From Lytechinus pictus (lineage: Eukaryota), in the NCBI RefSeq assembly GCF_037042905.1, contig NC_087245.1, forward strand, positions 9,984,001 through 10,048,000: 64,000 nt of DNA. The letters run 5' to 3'. The notes below the pieces were generated by a model that ran no database searches, was not told the DNA's origin, and saw only the letters and a list, made by a program, of their open reading frames with translations. Position numbers and translations under genes: made by a program. Positions 28,901-40,900 of the stretch are shown one piece after another; position 1 is the stretch's first letter, and each line of letters starts with the position of its first letter.

Positions 28901-31900
28901 CTTGAAAGTTGAGTGTCGTAACCGCTAGACCATACATATATGTCACCTGTGTGTCACTGTATCTATTTCTTTTTCCCAAATTCATCCTCTTCCGTTCTCA
29001 CTAGAATTGTGTTTTGCTCCCCTTGCCAATACCAACTTCAATTATTTTTCTACCACGCTTGCTACATTCTGCTACCCATCTTGTCCTTTTCTCTACCACC
29101 ACTATTCACTTGCTACCACAAACCTTCCTTAGTTTTGAGCCCAGCTGGCAAGCTGAGCACCACGCCAAGATTAAAGAGCCACGATCAACATACTTGCGTG
29201 ACATACTTGACCCAGGAGAATTAAACCCCTCACATGAGAGAATCAACTACGCAACATGAACGATTGAAAGAGAATAAGAAGTAGAAAGAAAAAAAAATGT
29301 CCATGTGCTGGTTGCATCCATCGCTCGCCACAGATCTCCTCTTTAAAAAAAGTAAGGGAGTAGAAGGAAATAATATCTAGGTTACTATTATCGGAAATGA
29401 TTTGAATGTCAGATCTTTTTGAGAAAATAAAACTGGGATATCTAGGTCATGAACTAGTTCAGCGACAACATGCCATGTTATCTTTTTTTATTCTCTCTCA
29501 TTCAATCTCCCCCCCCCCTTCTCTTGACTCCTCTTGCAAACTGGGGTTGGTAGTCATTGTATGCTTGAGTGCCATTCTTGAATGGACTAAATTGAAAGTG
29601 CTTAATAGCCACAATTTTTGCTCTATTTTTTTCTGTGAGAGGGAATTGAATAATCACGTAATGTTTTGTCCCTGCTCTATTTTTTCAAATTGGTTGTATT
29701 ATCCACTTAGTCATACTTTGCTATTAACCCTCTTATTCTATCTGATAGATGAAAATGAGTTTGGTCATGCGCTTCAGTATATAACATTGCTTTCTTTAAA
29801 GAATCATGCCCCAGCTTTCTCTTTTGTTTCTCTTGGTACATTATTATCCAGAGTATCCTGTCATTTCTGGTGCATTGTGGGGGTTTTGATAGCTTTATTT
29901 GCTGTATATTCTCTTTACTTTGAAATGACATTTAACCTATTTCTTTTGCACATTAACTTTCAATTTTATGTCTAGTGATAATTAAATCATAAAGGATATT
30001 TGTCACTGGAATGACAAAGAGTCGTATGCTGTTATCCTTTTGTTCTTTTATTCAGAATTTGATTGTCAATAGAAAAATATGGAAGAATTTGGTCACATTT
30101 AAAAGGAAAAGGTTGATAGAATTATTAAAATTGGTTTTTTCTACAAGCAGCTTCCCTGTAGTATTTTCCAATTAATATGAAACAATTCTTTTGCTAAATA
30201 ATGATAAAGAACAGGAAATAATCATTATTAATCCAGAATTTTAAATATCCATAGTATTGTTATTTTTTTGGTGGAAATTAGTGTAACATAGATTTCTGAT
30301 TCTGGTACATGAACTTCAGATTGCAAATATGTAGACTTTGGTGTCGATGGATCCATCTTTAGGTTTTGGTGTCAATCATTTTCAGAGTGATGCTCTTGGG
30401 TGCACAGTCTGGTGTATATCTTTTATTTGCGAAGGTGTTAATATCATTCCCAGAATGCAAATTGGTGTAGATCTGGGTGTAGCTAATCATGTCTCTGGAA
30501 TGCAAATGAGTGTAGATTTGAGCAAGCTGGGACGTCATCATGCTTCCCTGGTCATTTAGGTTAATGGTTCTATGAATGTTTGAAATGAGCTCACGTGAAC
30601 TAGTTCATCTGTAGTGGTGGTCGACTCAACAGTGTTACAATAAACCGCAGTAGTGGCTTGATAGATGGATGGGCTGTGGATAAAGGCAATGTGTAAAAGG
30701 AGTGCATCCATTGTCTCACATAAATTTGGAACAGAGATACAAAAGAAGAGACCAACAGAGAAAGATCCGATGTTTAATCTGTTGAAAGTTCAAATAGAAT
30801 GATTGATATACAGTCAATTCAATGAAAGTGTTTGGTATTCGAAACAAATACTGTTCTTTTCTTAGAATGGCAAAGTTTGGCGGCCATTTTTTGTAATGCA
30901 TTTTATTCTGAGGTACCTTCCATCAATTAGCAAAGATATGGAAACCCACAAGAAATTATAGTAATGGTAGATAAGACATAATAATTTGAATTTGAAAAAA
31001 AAGGAACAGGTGTAATAGCATGAACATTAGGGATAAGAAATACCATACAAAAGTTTTAAATATATAACCATAATAATAATAATAATAATAATGATGATGA
31101 TGATAATGATAATAATGATAATAATAATAATAATGATAATAATGATAATGATAATGATAATAATAATGATAATAATAATAATCAATAATAATAATAATAA
31201 TGATGATGATAATAATAATAGGCATTTATATAGCGCCATCTATCTAGAAATATTCTATTCCGAGGCACGTTGTAATTATTATTATTACCCATACATATAC
31301 ATGTAGGCCTACTAATTACAATCTAGGTTTTTGTGCAGTTAAGTTTTGCTTTTTTTTATTTGGTTTTATTGACCCTGGGTAACCCCATCATTGGACTAAG
31401 CACTTTTTTCTTGGGGATTCAGAAGATTTAGGTCTAGGCCTAAATGAGATGGGAGATGCTATTTCATCTTTTTTTGCTAAGTGCAGGAACTCTAGATTCT
31501 CAATTTTCATCTACTGGATAAAATCAGTTAAATATGGCTTTAATTGTAGTCCATAGTCTATATATGAATTATGTACAGTATGAAGAAATTTTGACAACAA
31601 ACTTTAAACCCAGTATAGAATGACTGTCTCATGATTGGGAGGTTGTTGGTTTTTACCCCCCCCCCCTCCCCTGCCAAGTCAGACCAAAAAACATTAAAGA
31701 AATTATACTTTCAGCCTTGCTTGACATATTAGAAATGGGAAGGGATATTTGTCAGCTAACAGCTGAAGTGACTACCCTGGGCAAATTAGAGTTATTATTG
31801 ATATTATTATTATTATTATTTGTTATTACTCAATGGACCAGATTTAATTGGATGGATTCTTGTTCTCTTTTGATGAAATTTCGGAAACAAGAACTAAACA

Positions 31901-34900
31901 AGAAGCAATTAGCAAGTTTATATTTTTTTGTTCAAGGAAATAGAAAGTCATTAATAACAAAAACTGACACTAGCTACTGAAACTGAAAGGTAATTTAAGC
32001 ATGAATAGAAACATTTGTTTTGTTATAAAGTAGTATTTTTCCCCAAAAAAATGAAAGAAGTAAAGTAACTGACTTCATGTGACATTTGAACCCTCTCCAT
32101 TGTTTTCATCAAAAAACACACAAGATATTAAAGATAGATGTAAACATCTGTTTATGATAAAAACAAACAAAGCACTTCAATAGTCATGTTTACTTCTGTA
32201 CTCGAAAATTTAAGGTTTTGAAGCCTGCTGTCAGAAAAAAATGAAATAGCGATTATTATTAAAAATTATAATTGTGTGAAACATGCTTTCTCAAATAAGA
32301 TTGGGAGATTGTTGGTTTTGACACCCCCAGCCAAGTCGGACCAAAAAACGTTAAAGAAATGATACCTTCAGCCTTGCTTGACATATCAGAAAGGGGGGGG
32401 GGGAGGGATATTTGTATAAGTTCAGCTAAGAGCTAAAATGACTACCCTGGGCAAATTAGAGTTATTACTAATATTATTATTATTTGTTATTACTCCATGG
32501 ACCAGATTTAATTGGATGGATTCTTGTTCTCTTTTGAAGAAATTTTGGAACTAAGTACTTAATAACAAGAAGCAATTAGCAAGTTTATATGTTTTGTTCA
32601 AAGAAATAGAAAGTCATTAATAACAAAAACTGACACTAGCTACTGAAACTGAAAGGTAATTTAAGCATGAATAGAAACATTTGTTTTGTTATAAAGTAGT
32701 ATTATTGCCCCAAAAATTGAAAGAAGTAAAGTAACTGACTTCATGTGACATTCGAACCCTCTCCATTGTTTTCATCAAAGACACAAGATCTTAAAGATAG
32801 ATGTAAACATCTATTTTGTTTATGAGAAAAAACAACATAGCACTTGAAAAGTCATGTTTACTTTCGTACTTGAAAATTTGAGGTTTTGAAGCCTGTTGTC
32901 AGAAAAAAAATGAAATACCGATTTTTATATTATAAACAATTTTAATTGTGTGAAACATGCTCTGTCAAATAAGATATTTAAGAGTAAATTGATGATCAAA
33001 AAGTAAAAAAAATGACCTGGGCTTTTTTCCTTTTTTTATTATGAAACCACTTTTCAGGCATGGAATGGGCTGAAAATTTTAAGATTATTATTTTCTTATA
33101 TAGCCTGTTATTAGTATGTACAATAAATCTTTTGAAAAACTTATACAATAAAAAGTCACATTGCAGTGTGAAATTAAGGAAATGTGTGTTTTGATAAAAT
33201 TTTGATTGATATGATGTTGATTTAGGCAGGTGCTCTTCTTTTGTTCACCTTGATCAATTCCTTGATGTTCTAGAGTGCATTATTAGCAGTGGTGTAGGCC
33301 CATATACACAATTAGGGAAGGGATCACATGCCCGAGTGCCAATTTTATTGCCCAGGAAAAAATACAAAAAAGGCAAAAGTAAGAAGAAAAAAATTGAAGT
33401 TGGAAAAATGGAAACTTATGGTATCATCAAAGGGGGAGGGGGTGGTCAATATCAGCTCTTGCCCAGATCTCACTGACCATTTTTGTTTGATCACTGTTAC
33501 TTTGGAGAAAAAAAAATGTCCAATCTGATGATAGAAAGTTTGACATGACATGGATTGAGCCCGGGATTGAGATGCCCAGAAAGAAAGTCGACTATTGCAG
33601 TCTTTCTTTTGATAACTATTGGCTATTTTTTACTGACATGTAAGATTTTTTCACCACCTGAACCCCAGACCACAGACCTGTAGACTGTTTTTTAGATTAT
33701 GATATTATATTTCTGTTTGACCTTTTATTGATGACCAGTATACTCATTTAGATTTCGTACAGGAATTGTCATTGCCTTTTGAAATGCACCCTTTTCATTG
33801 TTTCGTAAGTTTTGAATGACTTTTTAATTTTTTTGACAGATCAAAAATTGATGAGATTATATGTCTTCGAAAACCACGTTTCCAGGGCTGAAAGGGTTTT
33901 GATTGAAGTTTGAACCACAGACCTAAGTGGTTCTCGTAGGTTATGATTAAACACCCATAAGGACAGTAATCATTCGCATGAACAAAGCAGCCCCATTCTT
34001 AATTAGGGGAAGTTCATTCTGATGAAAAGTGTGCTTTAAAAATAGCAGAAAAAAATAATAATAAAAAACATTGGTGAAGGTTTGAGGAAAATACATGTAA
34101 GATTGAAAGTTATTAGAATTTCAAATTTTTATAAGCCTTCAAAAACGAGCAGCCGCCCCATATGTAATATGATATAAAATGCATGAATTCAATTTTGAAT
34201 GGTTCATGATGACTTTTTAAAATTTTCCTTTTTAGTATGTGTATAATGATTTGTATATTGATATACTGAAGGTATGGCAGTGTATCCTATTGCCGGACAC
34301 CTTTATTTCAGTGCTTTAAAAATGACAACTACAGTGTAGAGGAAATACAATCAAGAAAAATTTGCACTTGCTATTCCAAATATTATGAAAATTATTAATA
34401 TGATAAAATTATTTTATATTTACCAACCATTTTCTTTGCATCGCACTTGCCGCATACCCCTCCACGAAAAACAATTATTTTTGTGCGCGACAAATTACAT
34501 CATGATTCCGGACGCGCGCCGGACGGGTAAAGACAGGGTAAAGATATCCTTGATTATAATGATGTAAGAATAAATTTCTGTGATTTTTTTCTTATATCAT
34601 ATCATGAATACATTCTAACTTTTTGTTTGCTTTTTTTATATCGAATCTGAGCAGATGTTGGTAATAAATTCGTGTTTGATAACTTAAATTATTTTTTGGT
34701 TAGCTGCATGTTTCATGGCACTTTCCAGTGCTCGTTCGTATCGTGACGCTCATCAAGTTCTATCGATGCGCAGCCGATCGTCGACGGCTCTACTAGCTAC
34801 TCACGGTAAACCTCGCGCACGGTACCTTGAGAACTAGCCGTCGACGACCACCCACAATACACCTCACCTCATCATTCGATCGAAGGAGCCGACGAGATTG

Positions 34901-37900
34901 AAATTTGGCAAATCAGGCCCATATTTCCGTTAGAAAATATATCAATTCATTCAATTGTTAATGCAAAACTATGTTATATGATATTTTAAGCATTTTCTGT
35001 CATTTTAGAGATAAATAAGGTAGAAATTTGATTTTTTCGCCTTGTTTTTGCAATCTTGTTCTATGTATTGATCTGTGAAAATGAATTGCGGAAGTCTTAC
35101 GGTACGAAATTGTTTTCGAACGCATTTATATGCGCGTCCGGAATCACAATAGTGTCCGGTAATACAATACGTGACTTTACACTAAAAACGTTTTGATTAT
35201 CTGAGAAAACGATATTTCATTAATTTTTTTACCAAAATAATGATATGTAGGAAAGCTGCTAGTATGATTATGATGTCACAAATCAAGTAATCAAAATTCT
35301 AATAACTTTTTTATTCTTTGTTGTATTTTCCTCAAACCTTTGACACCGTTTCTTTTATTATTTTTTGCTATTTGTATGATAAACTTTTTGTCAGGGTGAA
35401 CTTCCCCTTTAAACAAGAAAGGTTAGCCAGTGGTCAAATCTTACAAGCCAGTCAGCCAGACCAGGTAGGTTGACCAAGACATTACCTTGACCCAATGATT
35501 GGGCTAAGAATAGCATGCTAACCTAGTAGAAGGCATGTCCACTAGACATCCAGACATTAAGAGGTATACTTAGTCTACACAATCAGACACTTTAAAAATA
35601 TTTCAAGACTCTGTGTGGACAGACACAAGTGATTTGTTTTCTTTATCATTGTAGGTCTATATAAATGATAAATCCATTTTGATATATCAAGACGTCGTAT
35701 TTGGTTAATATAGAAAATTCAGCAAACATAAAAATTAAAATTTCGTTAAAATGGGATGTAAAATATTAAAAGTAATGAATAAAAAAAAAAATCGCTTATT
35801 CTCTACAATAAGTTAGGATAAATGCATAACCTGGCCTGTATTCAACTGTGTGAACCAATGATGTCACACTCTTTCTTATTTTCTTTTGTATTTTATTTCA
35901 ATTTTTATAGCTTTGGGGAAAAAGAAATTCTTCAACAAACAAGTGATAGCTTAACAACAATGGCCCGAATTCACAAAGGTGGTTTTGAAAACCATTGGTT
36001 GAAGTGTCCAATGCTGATGCGCGCTTTTGTCACAGTGCGCCAAATTGACGCCTGTTGCCATGGTTAAGAACGCTATTTTATTCATGAGTCCACTGTTTTG
36101 AATTAATGAGTCCACTCTTCAAAATAGTGGACTCATGAATAAAATAGCGTATCTAACCATGGCAACAGGCGTCAATGTATATCATATACAAACAATATAT
36201 TTATATCTGCCCATGATGTGTATAATATCACTGTTTTGTGAAAGTAATCCAAAATTTAAAATGTCATCACAATCACACTATTATTTTACATCCATGCAGT
36301 TTTTATGAAAATTTCAGTGTAATGCCTGTTTGATTTTTCTCTCAATTTTATATTCAATTCAACATTTTTTTGGAAGGATGGACTGGATGTTAAACATGCA
36401 TTAAAATTTAAATTTAAAAGGTCTAAATTTGTTCACTTTTCATTACTGCACATATTTTGGCTAAAAGATTTCCATTTTCCAGTTTACATTGCAAATAATT
36501 TATTTTTCCTCTCTGTTAATATTATTAGGTTGTTGTTTGTAGACTTTGGTTTCTAACTCTGGTACTGGTAGATCACACAACAACTATAACAAAAGGCTAT
36601 ATATTACCATTGTTTATTGCATAATTTTAGTCAACAACACCAGTTGATATTTCAAATCATCTTTGCAAGAGAAAAGGTCATTTATGAAGACAGATGTGTT
36701 TAAAACTTAAGTGATTTGTTATTTTTCAGGAAGCTTCAAACAACTTTGGAGATGCATTGATTTTTTTTTGCTCTATTTCAAAAAGGTTCAGCCCTTCACC
36801 AACCTTTAGCCCAGTAGCCAATGCTTATTTAGAAAAAAAAAACACATCAACAGAATTCACCAGAATATGGCCTTTTTTTCATGTCAGAGAGAATCTCCCC
36901 ATGGACCTTTGCTCTCCCCAAGGAACGAATTATTTTTTTCTTCAAAATTTCAAAGAGATATTTTGATGATTGTTTTTATGTGGATTCTTTGTGGAATTTA
37001 GAATTTGTATGACATGTCCGAGGGTCGTAACCAGCTGCTTGCCACAAATCGACACAATGACATGAAATGAAATCTCAAATTATTTTGCATAAAAGTTCCC
37101 GAATTATTTTTTCCCACAGGAGGTAATTTAGCTTACAATCACTCACAATTGAAATATAGAAATGAAAGCATAAAACCATGTTGCTTAGCGTTCATCGGCC
37201 TTGACCCAACACACAGCTGGTCAGTTTGGATGGACTAAGTACACGCATATTTTGAATATAGAAAGTGTTAGAAATTAGAGTGCCGTCCAATATGAAGAAT
37301 TTCATGAACCTTGACCCATGATTTTTTTTATTCATCACTGAGATATATAATTTTGATTCATCTTTTAATTAATTCATATTTATGTAGGGCCTATATGGCA
37401 TTTATGAAGTCCTGTATAGGCATATGATTACAAAATGATGTGGGCCTATCGTATGTGTTTATTGAACAGGGTTGCTTGTGGCTGATTCTAACATGGTAAG
37501 CTAAATTTGTCCCATGAAAGTGAATGAAAGGCTTACTATTCCATTTCAATTTCCTGATTAGACTATCCTTGACCCAAAGACTTGTTGTGGTCAGTAGGTC
37601 ATAGGGGGGCAAGCTGACCAAGGAGTGACCAAAACAATATCCCTCTCATTCATGTCCTCTCATGCAGGCTGTTTTGTAATTATCTCTACCATTACTCTGT
37701 TATTTCAACCACTTTTCATTATTTCTTTTGCATCAAAAAGGTCAATTTTCTCTCAAAAACATCTCTGAGAAATTGAGAAAATAGAGGTAATTTTTTTTCT
37801 TTTAAAAAGAGCTTCCTACTTTTGAAATGCAACCATCCAGCTATTAATATTTTACATGGAATATCGGATCAGGATTGCTTTGTTCTGTTTTGGCTGTGGT

Positions 37901-40900
37901 TTGGACAAGAATTTCTTTAAAATAACGTTGTCCTAAATGTACAAGGCTGAAGCAATAATTTCTACCCCCTTTTGAAATCTACCTTGGGTATCAGTGTGGG
38001 TAAAGATAATATCTTTTATTGATTAAGGGTCTATTTGGGGATTATTCCTTTCGAAGCAAAATTGTTTGACCCTTCTCAGTGAAAATGTACAAGAATATTA
38101 AAAAATAACATTTAGAAAACATTGAAAATTATTTTTGTGAACAAGTATTTTAGATCAGCATGAGACCTGCTTATAATTTTTCAATTAAAGTATGGAGTAT
38201 TTCATGGTGTTTTGTCAGATAACTAATGTTAACCTCATTTTAGTGATATGATTTGGGTAATTAATCATGATTTACTGTCGTAATGGGCCTGTCTTCTTAA
38301 ACCAGTTCTATTTTGGCTGAATTAGCTGCGTAATCTCAGGGTGCAGAAGTTTCAAAGGAAATAGAATTTTACGAGAGAAGTGTAAGTAGAACAGCTCTTA
38401 TATTGTGAAATGTTTTTGGCTCTCCCCCCAGCAGATTAGCATTTGCTTAAGCTCATAAAAGTTTGATATAAACATAACCCCTGTGACTGCATCTCTGACA
38501 CCGTTCTCATTACGCTTTGTAAAACTGGTTTACTGGAAACCGGCTCAGGAAACAAGTTAGGAAGATCGCTTTGATCCCACTTGATCACATGAAAGTGGTT
38601 TACAAAATCACTTCACGTAAAGCGATCTTGTTGCTATGGAAACGCTCTCAGTGGGGTGACACGTTTCGCGCGAAATTTGAAACCGCAGCGTAGGCATTCT
38701 ACACCTGTCGTGTGGAGAAGCGCGCTCAACATGTGCGAAGATCTCTCCACGAAGAACAGTTGTGTCCTCACTTGCTCTAAAACCAGTTTATCGAGGCGAA
38801 GCGATCTTGAAAACTACATCGCGAGGTGGTTTTCCGAACTGCTTTGGAAGATCGCTTCCAAGACCGCTTCGACTGATCTCACTACGCTTTAAACTAGTGT
38901 CCTCTAAACTAGTTTTAGGAACGTAGTGAGAATGGTGTCTTACTCTGTATGTTCCCAAACTCTTTCTTCCTTCTAACAAGAAATGTACCATATAACCTTC
39001 ATGTTCTAATGGACAGAAATATGTGGACCTACAAATAAAAATGGAATACCTTTGAAAATTCATCACCAGTATAGGATAAATTTTCTGTTTCTTCAACTCA
39101 TTTTAATTTAATTTTTGTTTAACCATTATGTATTCAATGAAAGTTTGGCTTGCTTCATGTATAATTGTAATTAAAAGTATCCTTTGCAATCTCATCCATA
39201 AACCCTGCCCTTATGCACAAATGGCAATTCCTCCATTATTTTACATGATTACTTTCCATAGAACTGCTCATTGAGTTTACCTCCAGACCCTGTCTTCATG
39301 GAGGAAAGTGTGTGGAACAGATGTGTAGAAAATTGTGATAACAACATCTTACCAAAATGATATAGTAATTATCATCATTATGCTGACAAGTGACAAATGT
39401 TATGGTCAATAACCACTTCCTCAACAATCCTCTTCTCCTTTGCTTGTTTTTCATCTCCATTGGGTTTCTTCCACAGAACTGTATAGCTCAACCTAACAGA
39501 CCTTGCCCCTATAGAGGAAAGTGTCTGATGCAAAGAATTAATACAATGGTGGTAATTTACCATCTAAACCAAATGATAACCAACATTGCTGTAATGGTCA
39601 ATAATCTACCTCTTACATCTCCATTACTTTTTTTTCTGCATAGGGTTTCTTCCGCAGAACTGTACAACACAATCTTACCTACAGACCTTGCCCTAATGGA
39701 GGAAAATGTGTGATTCAACGTAAGAATAGAAACCAATGTCAGTCTTGTAGACTAAGGAAGTGCATTCTCATGGGCATGTCCAAAAATGGTACGTAAAATA
39801 TGTAACTGTTATGCATTTGACATTCTGAATTGTAGTTATGACTTTGTCAATAGTACTTTAAAATATATTTCTTTTCAATTCATGAACATGTAGAGTCGTA
39901 TTTCACTTTACTTCCGGTTCAAGCCTTTATTCGATATAGCCTTTGAACATATATGTTTTACTGATTTCTTTTAACAAGTTTACTGAAACTTGGTCTGCAC
40001 TCCCATTTGAATAGCATTTGTGTATATATGCACTGATAATGGGAATTCTATTAGCTACCAATGCTGTTGGTGTTATCTCCCAAAGGTATTTTTAATCATC
40101 TTAATTTTGGAGATTAAATCTTTTGTTTTTAGACACCCAGTTACAGTAAAATATATATATGTTTTTTATAATACTTTTTATCTTTTGTAAATTGTTCTGT
40201 GTCATGCGGTTTAAAAATATCTTGTTTTCTTCCAGCTGTTCGTTTTGGAAGGATGTCTAAACGAGAAAAGATGAAACTGACTCAGGTGATGAAGGAGATT
40301 GCAAACAAGAGTGATGATATTCCTATCAGGGATGAAAAACCTCTTGACCTGAGCCGACCTCCAAGTCAAGAAGCTATGGTTGCTAGTGACGATGGGCCCC
40401 TAGCAAGCAATGATTCTCAACAGTGTGCAATATCAGACATTAAAGGCAGCTTGGAGGATATGAAAGATGTGGGGAGGGAGTCCAGTAATAGTAATGACAG
40501 AGTACAGTGTAAACCTGACTGGTCATCTTCAAAGACTGATGGAGCTGAACTGAAACACAATGGTAGATGGGGTGAGTGCAATGGGAGAAATGGCTCTAGT
40601 GTTGGGAAGGCTGTTCAAGACATTCACATTGATGAGAAAAAGACAAGCATTCAGGACTTGCTTCTTACCCAGTATTGTAGTAGTCAAATGAATGGTTATA
40701 TTCCAAACAATGGACTAAATGGCTTGCAGAGTGGTGTCCAACGAAGCATCAAGGTTGAGAGAGACATTCAGAATGATTGCCATGGTTACTCAGGACACCA
40801 CCCTCATCTTAATGAAAGAATATCATCAGTTATCAAGAAGGAAGATCAAACTCCTACTTATCATGACTTTGATAAAGGCATCCATCATCACATGGCTTCA

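Noticed and set aside
29406..29975. 189-aa hydrophobic ORF
   Set aside because: No recognisable domain; the T-rich intronic composition explains the Phe/Leu content.
30956..31306. Poly-Ile/Tyr/Met ORFs
   Set aside because: Microsatellite tail of a retroposon.
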